Shown piece by piece: positions 13,895 to 27,534 of a stretch of DNA of 64,000 nt. The DNA is taken from positions 12,323,263-12,387,262 of the forward strand of contig NC_134028.1 of NCBI RefSeq assembly GCF_964204645.1, read 5' to 3'. The notes beneath the pieces are model-generated. The model searched no databases and was not told the origin of the DNA. It saw only the letters and a list, made by a program, of their open reading frames with translations. A program made the translations under genes and the position numbers. The stretch is from Tubulanus polymorphus (Eukaryota > Animalia > Nemertea). Each line of letters opens with the position of its first letter. Position 1 is the first letter of the stretch.

Positions 13895-15170
13895 GTTTTG
13901 GTTCTCAGAAAGAGAAAGTGCTATGAGTGTATGGCTCTTTAAACTTCTAGTCTATCTCTTTTAGTTAAAGAGATATTGAAGTTTGTTTACATGAAATATT
14001 GCCTTCTTAGATCACAGTTTTTGTATATTGAAACATGAAGACACTTTTCGCTCAAATTTTCAAACTTCAATTCGCGATATCTCGAAAACTACTGAAGATA
14101 ATTCAAAAATTTAAAAAGCATAGGCCTATTGTTATTTGAGCCCTCACCATTCCGACAAGCTTTCTTTCAGTAAGATTGGAGCTATTTGAATTTTTTATGG
14201 ATATAGCTAGGCCTATATAAGCCCATCCGATTATAAAAAGCTTACCACCAACGATTAGGTAACTAACTAGCCTAATGTTAGTTTTTTCACAAAGGAGGCT
14301 ATCCCCCTTCAAAATAGCCTACCTTTTTAATATGATATATTACATAGGCCATATACAGCTTCATAACCCTTCAACATCGAACCAAAATAGGTTTTGGCAG
14401 AATGATTGCGTTGTCATGGATACTTCAACAATCCGTAACTTGTTAACCTACACACCGATTTTAAAAATTTGTTCTGTTCTCAATTATTTAGGCCTAGGTA
14501 TTTTCATTTAGGCCTATCTTTCATTTGATATGCAAACTTGCCATAGCTGGGAAGAATATTTAAAATAAGGAGGTTTCTATTCCTATATTCAGATATATAG
14601 GCCTACCACACGTCTCCTACCTTTCTCACTTTCAATTTCAACACTAAACATTTGATTTAAGACATCGCTTCGTACCGAGGAAAATATATGAAACAGGTTA
14701 AACCGCAGCTATGCAGCATGTCCCGTGAGAGGACCTGGGGCCTGTGACGGGACATCCTTGTCCCGTCACAGGTCCCGATGGAAAATGAAAACTTTGCATT
14801 TCATAGACGAAATGTCGAAAGAAACTGCACTAGATCGGTTACTATATACACTCAAAACAATGTTAACAACATGTTAATAATCGAAATTTGTTCGTAATTT
14901 TATTATTTCAGATCAATGATTTCATCAAATCGAAACATTAAATGTAATAATGAAGATCGGATCAAGAGAAGACAGAACCACAGCTATCGAAATTTCAATT
15001 TTTAGTGCATAGACTGACTCATACTATCGAAAATAAAGTGAATGTATCTTGACAATTTTGGTGCCAATGGTGTTAGTAACCGTTTGTTAAGCGTTACACT
15101 GCAAACAAAAGTAAAAGTGGAGGGGGCAACTTAATGGCCCTAGATCACTCGAGAGAGAGAGAGAATTCAA

Positions 15171-16790
15171 AGTGAGAGGACCCGATTCAACACACTGTCC
15201 CGTGAGAAGACCCGATTTTGAATACTGTCCCGAGAGAGGACTCGATTCAACACACTGCCCCGTGAGAAGACCCGATTATACATACCCTGTCCCGTGAGAA
15301 GACCCGATTTTAAATACTGTCACGTGAGAGGACCCGATTTTCAATACTGTCCCGTGAGAGGACCCGATTCAACACACTGTCCCGTGAGAAGACGTGATTA
15401 TACATACCCTGTCCCGTGAGAGGACCCGATTTTAAATACTGTCCCGTGAGAGGACCCGATTTTGAATACTGTCCCGTGAGAGGGCCCGGTTTCAAATAAT
15501 GTCCCGTGAGAGGGCCCGATTCAACACACTGTCCCGTGAGAGGACCCGATTCAACTTGCTGTCCCGTGAGAGGGCCCGGTTTCAAATAATGTCCCGAGAG
15601 AGGGACCTATTCAACACACTGTCCCGTGAGAGGACCCGATTTTAAATACCGTCCCGTGAGAAGACCCGAATCAACTTGCTGTCCCGTGAGGGGGCCCGGT
15701 TTCAAATAATGTCCCGTGAGAGGGCCCGATTCAACACACTATCCCGTGAGAGGACCCGATTTTTAATACTGTCCCGTGAGAGGACCCGGTTCAACCACTG
15801 TCCCGTGAGAGGACCCGATTTTTAATACTGTCCCGTTAGAGGACCCGAATCAACTTGCTGTCCCGTGAGAGGACCCGATTTTAAATACTGTCCCGTGAGA
15901 GGAACCGATTCAACACACTGTCCCGTGAGAGGACCCGATTCAACACACTGTCCCGTGAAAGGACCCGATTTTAAATACTGTCCCGTGAGAGGGACCGATT
16001 TTGAATACTGTCCCGTGAGAGGGCCCGGTTTCAAATAATGTCACGAGAGAGGGACCTATTCAACACACTGTCCCGTGAGAGGACCCGATTTTAAATACCG
16101 TCCCGTGAGAAGACCCGAATCAACTTGCTGTCCCGTGAGAGGGCCCGGTTTCAAATAATGTCCCGTGAGAGGGCCCGATTCAACACACTATCCCGTGAGA
16201 GGACCCGATTTTTAATACTGTCCCGTGAGAGGACCCGGTTCAACCACTGTCCCGTGAGAGGACCCGATTTTTAATACTGTCCCGTTAGAGGACCCGAATC
16301 AACTTGCTGTCCCGTGAGAGGACCCGATTTTAAATACTGTCCCGTGAGAGGAACCGATTCAACACACTGTCCCGTGAGAGGACCCGATTCAACACACTGT
16401 CCCGTGAAAGGACCCGATTTTAAATACTGTCCCGTGAGAGGGACCGATTTTGAATACTGTCCCGTGAGAGGGCCCGGTTTCAAATAATGTCCCATGAGAG
16501 GACCCGATTTTAAATAATATCCCGTGAGAGGACCCGATTCAATACACTGTCCCGTGAAAGGACCCGATTTTAAATACTGTCCCGTGAGAGGGACCGATTT
16601 TGAATACTGTCCCGTGAGAGGGCCCGGTTTCAAATAATGTCCCATGAGAGGGCCCGATTCAACACACTGTCCCGTGAGAGGACCCGATTTTAAATACTGT
16701 CCCGTGAGAGGACCCGAATCAACTTACTGTTCCGTGAAGGAACCCGATTTTAAATATTGCCCCGTGAGAGGACCCACTTTTAAATACTGC
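15171..16790. repeat. 30-bp minisatellite, about 54 units
   Basis: Consensus CTGTCCCGTGAGAGGACCCGATT(TTAAATA/CAACACA). Contains a 449-bp higher-order duplication. Confidence 0.95.
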
Positions 16791-17422
16791 TATCCTTTTA
16801 TACAATGTGATTGCATTCTTTTTATATCGGTACCTAAACGATTCATTAAGAGTCAGGTATGGAATCCGATACATAATGCATACGAAACTCTTGCCATTTT
16901 CCACTAGAAAACAATGAATCAAATGTTTTTCTTTTCGCAGCTTGGCGCGGTTGAATATCACGTCTCTCGTAATAATTAATGCCGAGATAAAAGACAAGAG
17001 GTAAATATTGTACCTTAGTAGAAATCTCGCCAGTTTGTTGAATTTTTCAAACTTTTGTTGATAATATACAATCTTTGGTTTCAGAAGGCCGGAATTCAGG
17101 AGACATTTGGACTTGATTAACAAAGACCATGAAAGAGAACTGGAGCGAAAAAGAACTGAAAGGATATGGCTATGGGCTTTTAACTGATGAGGTAAGCATT
17201 GATAAAAGAAAATATGGAATGCGTACAAATAAATGAGCTTTCTTTCGATCATCGTAATATTCAATATTTTAAAGGGCCATGAATATCTCTACGGTGTAAT
17301 GAAATCATACGTCAGCCCTACCTTTGCGGACAAATCGTAAGTATATACATGAATCAGACGTGAAGTTTTTTTTACTATATTTCGAAATGATAATCAAATC
17401 ATTTCAATTACAGGAAACCATT

Positions 17423-17506
17423 AGTAATAGGGAAAGTGGGCTTTCATACCAGAGGTCGAAGGTCGAGACACCACTCATCACCACAAGTAATTTTTTCCCC
17501 TTATAA
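17423..17506 (+). repeat. Left TIR of copy 1
   Basis: 5'-AGT end. Matches the termini at 34908 and, in reverse complement, those at 34666 and 51803. Confidence 0.85.
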
Positions 17507-20500
17507 ATGGGGGAGAATGAACACCAGCCAGAAAATAATAATGTTAATATTATCAAAAAAATATTATTGCCCATATTGTAAAAAAATACATCGATAAATC
17601 CCAAAAATCACGACATGAAAAATCTGCAAATCATATAAAAAATGTTATAGATTTTGAAACTCCAGAAAATTCCAATGAAAGAAAAGAACGATTAGAAAAT
17701 ATGAATGTGGATGAAATAAAATGTGAAGTTTGTAATGAATTTATAGTAAAAAGGAATTATAATAGACACCTCGAATCACAAAAATACCGTCAAAATTTGA
17801 GTAATAATGTTTTAGGAAAAGATTATTTTGATGATAAACCTCAACAAGTAAAAAAACCAACTTCAAAAACTAAATCCATTTCAAATAAACCTTTCATGGA
17901 AAATGTTAGAAATTATATTGATTCACTAGAAATAAAAGATACAATTGAAATATTAGAAACATTACGTAGTAAAATTGGTCCTGCAGCTATTATATTTAGA
18001 TTTTTTAAAGGTACAACAATAGAAGATTATAGTACATTTAATGAAATAATAGAAAAAATACTAGATTTGATAACAGATGTTGAATATCCAAAAATTAGTA
18101 TCTCTGGGAAAGTAAGTTTTATAAAGTCAAAAGAAAAAATGGATTATGATATTCAAACACTCTCTGAAGAAATAATTTCAAAAACACAAATAAAAGAGAA
18201 ATTAGAAAAAATATTTAATGAATTTAAACGTCATATTGAAGAAAGATATTTTGAGGGTTCTGGCTTAACATTGAATGAAATTATATATCTAGATTTAAAT
18301 GTTTATAATACAAAAAGAAGTAAAACATCAAAAAGTAATAAAATGTTCAAAAATGATTCAAACTTTACAACAGAAAAGGATATTAAAGCATCATCTTATA
18401 TTAAATTACCATTTACATCAAAAGCAGTAATAAATGTTCAAAATGAAGATAATAAATGTTTTCTATGGTCAATTATTAGTTGCTTACACCCAACAGAAGA
18501 TATTACACATAGTTTTTAGAAAAACAGATTACCGGAAATATGAAACATTATATAAAATTGATCAATATCCGGTAACTATAAAAATGATTCCTAAAATAGA
18601 AAAAGTTAATAATTTAAAAATAAATGTATTCGAATTAATGCAATTACCAAAGACAAAAGGTGAAAATATTAAAGATTATACATTGGAAGCTTTATATTTA
18701 ACAGAATATAATGATGATGAAAATGCTATAGATTTGTTATATTACAAAAAAGATGAAAATGAACATTATATGTGGTTAAAACAAATTGATTTATTCTTTA
18801 GAACAGAAAGTGATCATCATCATAAAATTTATCTATGTAGAAAATGTTAATCTAAATTTATGACTGAGAATACATTATTAAAACATAAAGAATTATGTGA
18901 TAATAAAGATTTTTGTAAATTAATAATGCCAACAGAAAAAGATTATGAATTGAAATTTACTAATCATATATTTAAGAATATTGTTCCATTTGTAATTTAT
19001 GGGGATTTTGAATCGTTGAATAAAGAATTAACCGATAAAGATAGAAAAGAAATATATAACAAAAAGCAATTATTGAAATCAATGGATAAAGGAAATGAAT
19101 TAAATGAAGACACAACACAAGACCCGCCAATTATAAATACAATAAAAAAAGTTCATCAAAGAGCTGCTGCTTATGGAATTTATATAAAGAATCAAATTAT
19201 CCTGAATTATATGAAAGTCAATATATTTCTTTTAGAGGTGAAGATGTAGTTAATGATTTTTGTAACAAAATGATTGAATTAGAAAGTGATTTTGCAAAAT
19301 TATTAAACAAAAATAAAAGAATAGTTATGACAAAAGAAGATGAAATTCACTTTAATTATGCAACTCATTGTTGTTATTGTGAAAAACGTTTTTATTCATT
19401 TGATAAAAAAGTTAGAGATCATGATCATTTAAATTCAAAATATCGTGGAGCTGCTCATGAAGATTGTAATTTACAAGCTAAGAAAGTTAATTTCGTACCA
19501 ATATTATTTCATAATTTATCAGGCTATGATACCCATCTATTTATAAAACAATTATCGGGAAAATTGGGCGCAATTAATCAAGAAATAGAAGAATATAATG
19601 CTATGAATGGTGTAAATGTAAGAAAATATGATTTTAAACTATTAGCTAAGACATCTGAAAATTATATTTCATTTCAATTTGGTTGCATTAGATTTTTAGA
19701 TTCTTATAGATTTCTAGCAAGTTCATTAGATAATTTATCAAAAAGTTTAGTTGATAATGATTTTATAGTAACTCGATATTATTATCCAAATGAACAAGAT
19801 TTTAAATTATTGAGATATAAAGATGCAATTCCTTACTCATTTTATAAAACACACAATGATTTTAATGTAACAGAATTATTAAAAGATCAATTTTATGATC
19901 AATTAAAAGAGGAGTATTTGAAAGATGAAGTGTTTAATAGAACATTAAATATTTGGAACCATTTTAAGATGAAAAATCATGGTGAATTAGTTGATTTATA
20001 TTTAAAATCAGATGTTATGATATTGGCTGACATATTTGAAAAATTTAGAGAAGTTAATTTGAATCATTTTAATGTTGATCCTTGTTATTGCTACTCTAGT
20101 CCTGGTTTAACTTGGCAATGTGGTTTAAAATACACAAATGTAGAATTAGATTTATTAAAAGAACCAGATATGGTTTTATTATTTGAAATTATTTGAAAAA
20201 TCAATTAGAGGTGGAATTAGTGGTGTTATGGGAGATAGATATTTTAAAGCAAATGATGAATATAAATTATTATATATTGACGCCAATAATTTATATGGTT
20301 GGGCAATGATGCAACCTCAACCATATAAAAATTTTATATTAACAGAAGTTGAAAATGGTGATAGAACTGATTGGGAAAGCGCAATTGCGAGTTTAAAAGA
20401 TGAAGCACCAATTGGTTATTTCTTTGTAGTTGATTTAGAATATCCTGAAAATATAAAGTTTAAAACCAGAAACTTACCTTATTGCCCAGAACATTTAGTC

Positions 20501-22600
20501 GTAGATGATAGTTATTCAAGTGAATACCAGAAGAAAATAAAACCGAAAGATCATGTTTTTACAGAAAAATTAATACTTACTCAAAATAATAAATACAGTT
20601 ATATTGTTCATTATAGAATGTTAAAATGTAATCTAAAACAAGGAATGAAATTAAAGAAAGTACATAGATATATTGAATTTAATCAATCGAAGTGGTTAGA
20701 AAAATATATAGATTTCAATACTCAACAGAGAACAATATCTAAAACAGATTTTGAAAAAGATTCTTCAAATTAATGAATAATAGTTTTTATGGTAAAACAT
20801 GTGAAAATATTAGAAATAGAAATGATATTGAATTAGTAAATAATTCTGAAAGATTAAGACATTTACAATCAAGTCCTAGACATTTAGGAAATAAAAGATT
20901 TGAAGATTATTTAACAGCAGTTAAATTAAAAAGGACGTCAATGAAATTTAATAAACCTATATTCATTGGTTCAACTGTTTTAGAAGTATTAAAATTATTA
21001 ATGTATGATTTTTATTATAATGTTTTACAACCACTTTTTGGGGAAAAGCATATTGAAATATTATATTTTGATTCTGTAACAGCTGACACCCCAATATTAT
21101 TAAAATGTAATGATAAAATATTGATAAGAAGAATTTCAGAAATAATTCCAAAACAAAATGAATGTTATATTTCATATGGTGAAAAAGAATTAATACAAAT
21201 AAATGGTTTAATGGATGTTTGGACAAGAAATGGATGGAAAAAATTAAAAAATATTATTAGACATAAAACAAATAAGAAAATCTATAGAGTTAGAACTACA
21301 TTAGGGTTTGTAGATGTTACAGAAGATCATAGTTTAATTAAACGAAATGGCGATGAAATAAAACCAACTGATATAAAAATTGGAGATGAATTATTACATA
21401 AAGGATTTTTCCAAAGAATGAATCATATGTCATTCGACGAAATTATTGATAATATTTATAATATAGAACCTGAAACATTAGAAGAAAAAGAATATTTTAT
21501 CAAAGGACTTTTCATGGGTGATGGTTCAGCAGGTGTGTATAATTATGTTTGGGGTAATAAATATTGTTGGTATTTATTATTTATGCAATCAAGACTTAAA
21601 ATTATTAGAAAGAATTAAGAAATTCTGTGAAGAAGTTTATTCACATAAAACATTTAGAATCATGGATGTTATGAAATCATCAGCAGTTTATAGAATACTT
21701 GTAAATAATCCTAAAGATTTTGCTCTAAAATATAATGATGAATTCTATATTCATGCAATAGTGAAAAGTAATACTTCAACAAAAGAAAAGATAGTTCCAG
21801 ATTATGTATTAAATGCAAAAAATAATTTAAGAAAATGGTTCTTCATTGGATTCTACGCAGCAGATGGTGCTGTAAAATTTACGAGTTCCCCAGCAATATC
21901 TTTAGCTCAAAAAGGAAAAGTTGCTATATCAGGGTTAAATATATTATGTAATTCATTAGGCTTCAATATGAATATTGGATTGATTAAATCTAAACCAAAT
22001 TGTTTTAATTTAAGCCACACAGAAAAAGATTTAACTGAAGAAGTTAAAGATTTATTTGAAATATATAACCCAACAGATTATGTTTATGATTTATCAACTG
22101 AAGATGGCACATTCAACTGTGGATTTCCATTAATTTGCTTCAATACGGATGCGTACATACTAAAAATAAAGACAAATGACATAACAAAAGACTTTAAAAC
22201 ATTAAAACATCATTTTGATTTTAGCAATTATCCTAAAGATCATGAACTATTTAGCAATGATAATAAAAAGATTCCTGGTAAATTTAAAGATGAATTAGGG
22301 GGTGATGAAATGATTAAATTTGTCGGGATAAGAAGTAAAATGTAGAGTTATAGAACAAAAGATCATGAAGCTAAAAAGTTAAAAGGAATAACAAAACATG
22401 TGGTTGATAAACATATAGCATTTCAAGATTATATAAAGTGTTAATATAACTCAATTGTAATGAAACACAAAATGAATTGTTTAAGATCAGAAGATCACGA
22501 GATGTACATTAATGAAGTTGAAAAAACTACCTTGAATCCATTTGATGATAAAAGGCATATATTAGATGATGGTATAAAAACATTACCTTATGGTTATTAA
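17507..22600 (+). pseudogene. polB: Protein-primed family B DNA polymerase with intein (copy 1, many frameshifts and stops)
   Basis: YGDFES, FHNLSGYD, YLKSDV, YIDANNLYG, MNNSFYGK and split YFD/TDA motifs spread over several ORF fragments. Confidence 0.92.
21073..22144 (+). mobile_element. Intein with LAGLIDADG homing endonuclease in polB (copy 1; 7-bp duplication frameshift near 21575)
   Basis: YFD|SVTADTP ... VTEDHSL ... GLFMGDGS ... GFYAADG ... VYDLST...LICFN|TDA. Confidence 0.9.
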
Positions 22601-23830
22601 AACATAAAATCAATATCATCAAACTCGAAATCACTAGTGGTTTCTTCTTTTTCATTTAATTGTTCTTGTATAATTTGCTTAGGTTCTTCCATTTCATTTT
22701 TCTCATTTAAATAAAGTTCTATCTTGTACCACATTTCATCTCGCTCTCTTTGTTTCTTTTTGTTTTCTCTTTGTTAATTCATCAAATGGAATTATAATAT
22801 CGATGTTTAAATAATTTACAATCTTATTTAAAAAGAATTCATAATTAATTGAATCTGTTATTCTATTTTCCAAATGATACATTAATATTTGTTTGAATGT
22901 TTTTTTATATTTTCCATATCTTCTTCTGTTAATTTAGGTTTTTCATAATAATCGTTAAATAATAAATATAAATACAAGCCATTGCATATATTCTGGTGTA
23001 TGATCTTCCATAGAAAATATCTTAAATATTTCATCAAGATAATTTAATTTTGGTTCTATAAGAATATTTCTAGTTTTTTCATCACCCCATAAATTCTTTT
23101 GCCATCCACATTGATTACAAAATATCACAGGACCTTCTTGTCTTAAGTACTCATAAATACATTGTGGGCATTTTTTTCTATCATAGCTAAGTAATAGATC
23201 TTCATTAAGCTCTTGGTATTTTTTTACGTTTTCTTTATGTTTTATTGTTCTATTATGTAGATTTGAATTACTTGTTGTAATAATCAATTTACAATATTTA
23301 CAATAATATGTTTTTCTTGTTAATTCATTATATTGTTTTTCTAACTTTTCAACTGTTTCTTTATTATCTGGTAACGTTTTCTCATATTTTATTTTTTCTA
23401 ATAAACTATTTTTTCTTTCATTGAATTCAGTTTCAAATTTATTAGAAATTTTATCTATATGTACTTTACGAAATTGATGATTCTCCCAATCTTCTATATT
23501 TTCAGGACTAAATTTCATTCGACAAGGCTCGCAGAAATGATCTTTTATATTATCCTTGTCATAGAATAAGAAAGGTCTTTTCCAAATAATTTCAGGTTCA
23601 ACTTCAACAGAATTACTATTACTTTCGTTACTATCAACATTAGCCGTTGCGCCATTAATTTTACACTTCTCTGAATGTTTTTTAACATAATTTCTTGAGA
23701 ATAATTTATTACATTTTGGGCAGTTTAGTTTAGGGGGTTTATAATTTTCATCATGTTTTTTCATATGTCGAGCCATATTACTTTTTCTTAGAAGTTCACC
23801 ACAAATTTCGCATGGTATCTTCTCATCCAT
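22597..23830 (-). pseudogene. Zinc-finger/VLTF3-like transcription factor (copy 1, internal deletion)
   Basis: Homolog of 45004-46302. Confidence 0.7.
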
Positions 23831-23885
23831 TTATTAGGGGAAAAAATTACTAGTGGTGATGAGGTAATTTTTTATGTTATAAATA
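23831..23885. promoter_or_regulatory. Divergent promoter between the VLTF3-like and penton genes, containing the TIR promoter motif
   Basis: Reverse complement reads CTCATCACCACTAGTAATTTTTTCCCCTAATAAATG, nearly identical to the sequence before the ATGs at 17507 and 35024. Confidence 0.65.
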
Positions 23886-24662
23886 ATGGTAGAATTAAAA
23901 GAATACAGAATATTTGTTGATTCTAGAAAACTTACAAATTAAAAATCACATAATTTATTAGTTCAATTAGATAGAGAATTTAAGAATTGTGTTGATTTAA
24001 AATTAGTAAATATAAGTTTATGTAATTCTTTTTATAATATAACGAATAAAACTATTGAACATAGAGCCTTTTTAATTTTTGATAAAGGTAAAAATGAATG
24101 GTCCTATATATATTTAAAACCGGGGTTATATAATTTAGATACATTAGCACAAGAAATTAATAGAAAAGCCTGGCACAAATTAGGTAGTAGTTCTGGGTTT
24201 AGTATTAGATTTTTAAAAAGTGATAGTTCTGATAGAATAAAGATAAGGTTGTCTAATAGTGAAAAACATGCATTTATGGTAAAAAAACCTATAGCTAAAC
24301 TGTTAGGAATTCTTCCCGATAGATCTTTTAAAAATATTGATGCTGTTACACCAAACTTAATACCTTACACACATTTTTATATTAATTTAATCGATCCTAC
24401 AAAAACATTCGAAGTTACTAAAGATATAACTTGTAATTCTGGTTTACTAAACATTTTACCATTGAAGAATGTTAAAGAATTTGGAACGCAAATAAATTAT
24501 AATTTAACAGAATGTGATTTCAAACTATGCATTCCTCGTTTTAATAATTTTAGATTAGAAATTAGAGATCACAATGGTTACTTAATTGATTTAAATAATT
24601 TCCCTGTAATTTATGAATTAGTTATAAGATGTAGACAGTATTTTTTTTCACTATATAAATGA
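23886..24662 (+). pseudogene. Minor capsid (penton) candidate, copy 1
   Basis: Homolog of 44177-44935 with an early TAA near 23940. Confidence 0.7.
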
Positions 24663-26115
24663 ATATAACAGTTGGACCGAGTATATGTTTTGGGTTTGAT
24701 TTTAAACATGGTAAAGAAATGAGAATTAAACTAAATGATGTAATTACTGATATAAAAAGTAAATCATTTAACAATGCATCAATGATTAATAAAGAAAATT
24801 ATAATATAGAAAAAGTAATTGATTTAATTAAATCACCTTTAGAATATTATGAATTAAATGAAGATGGAATTATTGATGATATTAAAAACATATTAACCAA
24901 AATATATGATAATCATAAAAGTAGTAATGAAGTAAATGTTGAATTAATCATCACTAAATATTTTGAAGATAGTAATTTTTTGGATAAATAAATGAGTGAT
25001 AATAAGTGGATAATAACTGGATTATATAATGGAGCATTACTATCAGTTGGAACTGTTGGTTATTCAATGGTATTAAAAAAATTATTCAAAATGGGAAGTG
25101 TTAATGTTGATAGATTTGATATAAATGATATCTTAAAATTAACATTTGCAGTTACTTTATCTAATTTAACCATTGATTATTTCGAAAAACAAAAATATAT
25201 TCCTCCCATATAAATGCGTTATTATTTTACTAAATAAATGGCTTCTGCAATCATAACTATTATAGGATCGGCAATTGTTAACGCTTTAGCATTTACTGGT
25301 GGAGGTTATTTATTTAAGCATATTGATAAAAATAGTTCATTAGGAAAACAAAGAAGACATAATTTAGCATTAGAGAAATATAATAAAGCAGCAGAAGAAT
25401 ACAGAGAAAAACGACAAAACTATATGGATTATATTAACAAGGAATTATATGATCAGAAGATTTCACATAGAGATTTTCAATCAGTTGATGATGCAATGAG
25501 TTTATATAACGCAGTAACCAATAAAGAAAAATTACATCTATACAAACCTAAATTATCAGATTATTATACCCCAAGTAAAGAACAACAGAAATATGAAATA
25601 ATTTGGATTTTAGGTGGAACAGTTATTGTTATATTTGTAGCATATAAATTTACTAATTAGTAATTTTTTTTTCTAAATAAATGGAAGATAAAGTTGATAG
25701 TATTGATATTATTCCTCATGATATAAATAAAACTAAATTAAAAATATATTTAGAAAAACAAATATTAGAATTTGAAAGTGACTTAAAGATAAAAAAGAAA
25801 AAATATTTAAAAAGTAAAATTATATATTATCTAATTATTAGTGGTTCGGATACAATTAGTTCTGTAATAACATTTCTAGCAATATTCAGTCCATTAACAC
25901 CTTTAGCTATATCAATTGGTGTATTAGGATTAAGTTCAAGTGTATTAACTGGTATAAGTTCAAAATTAAATATAAAAAGTAATAAAGAAAAAATTAAAAC
26001 TAATATAAAAGAAATTAATAAATTGAAGAATACACTAGATTATATAATAAGTTTAAATGGTCATATAACAGTTGAAGAACAAGATAGATTATTTAAAGAA
26101 TTAATAAATTATTAA
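24659..26115 (+). CDS. Four small ORFs of copy 1 (24659-24991, 24992-25213, 25238-25660, 25681-26115); the last three have hydrophobic segments
   Basis: Each starts at TAAATG and has an intact homolog in copy 2. Confidence 0.8.
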
Positions 26116-26131
26116 TTTTTTAATTAAATAA

Positions 26132-27518
26132 ATGGTAGATGGTTTTCCAAAAGCTTTCCAATATAATAAATCAATTAAATATAATATTCCTGCAATAGAT
26201 TTTAATAAAGATATTACATATAGAAATGAAGTTTTAGATTCATTAACTAATTTAGAAATTTATGTTACTGAAACTAATAATTTTAATGCAAAGATGGAAA
26301 ATATATTTCATGTATATTTAATTAATTTTAAAAAATTGAAAGATGAAAAACAATGGTTATTAAAATCTAATATGAAGTATTGGCAGAACCAATTAAATCT
26401 TGCTGTTTATTGTGCAACAACAGGATGTGGAATTAGTTGGAATGATCATTTGAATAATTCTGAATATAAATTAATTCAAAGTTTATTTAGATTTCATACA
26501 TACTTTCAAATCAGAATAATATTAAATGAATTAGAGTGCGCTTTACCAGGATCTAGGTATTTTAAAGAATTAGATAATAATATTAATTTATCAAAGTTAA
26601 TAAAATTTGTAATGAATTTAATATAGATATAAATAATTCTGATTTTAGAACAAAAATTGGAACAATAAGATCACTTCCTTGCCCTAAAAAGATTGCAGAA
26701 TATTGTGCACTTCCCATACCATCTAATAGTTTATATAACATCTATAGTAATAAATTAGGTTATGGTAAAATAGAAACTAAGGATTTAGAAACATTAAATT
26801 TCAATAAATTACCGACATTTAATGATAATTTAAAACAAGAAAACAATTATGGTTGGGTTTATTTCATTTTAGAAAATAATGAAGGTTTTACAAAATCAGG
26901 TATACAAAGAATAAATCAATCTATTAGAAATTATTTGATATGTATTTTAGGTGCGCAAGTTGAAACAAGATCCCCAATAATTGGAAATTTAAATACATGA
27001 TTTGATACACAGAAACAATTCAAAGTATTATTTGAAGATTCTATTCATAATGATAAAAATAGATCGATTCCAGAAAACATTGTAAGATATCAAAATTATT
27101 TAGATAAATCACATATTAGACTAAATTATTGTATAGGCCCTAATCTATTTATTATTTCTAATGATTTAGTATTAAAGATTGGAAACATAATTGGTTATAA
27201 TAATCTAATTAAAACTGCAACAATAAATAATTCATTTGGATTAAATGATATAAATAAAAAGATTATTACTGCTCCAAAATTAATGGAAGGTGGAAAAAAT
27301 AAAAACACATTCAATCAACCGAAACTAAAACTAAAAATATGAAATTGCATAATGATTCTAAAATAAAAGATTACAATACATCAGAAAATATAAAAACTGA
27401 TAATATTCAACATGATATAATTAAAACTGATAATGATAATAAATCCCATGAAAATACTAAATTAGCTTTAACTTGTATAGGAATTGTTATAGGAGGAATA
27501 TTATATTTTAAATTTTAA
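26132..27518 (+). pseudogene. Unknown protein with C-terminal TM helix, copy 1
   Basis: Frameshifted homolog of 41289-42677. Confidence 0.8.
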
Positions 27519-27534
27519 TTTTTTTATTATATAA

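Noticed and set aside
15171-16790. CRISPR-like array or repeat protein (SGPLTGQY ORFs)
   Set aside because: Units are head-to-tail with only a few recurring variants and no unique spacers, there are no cas genes, and the context is eukaryotic. The ORFs result from a 30-bp period.
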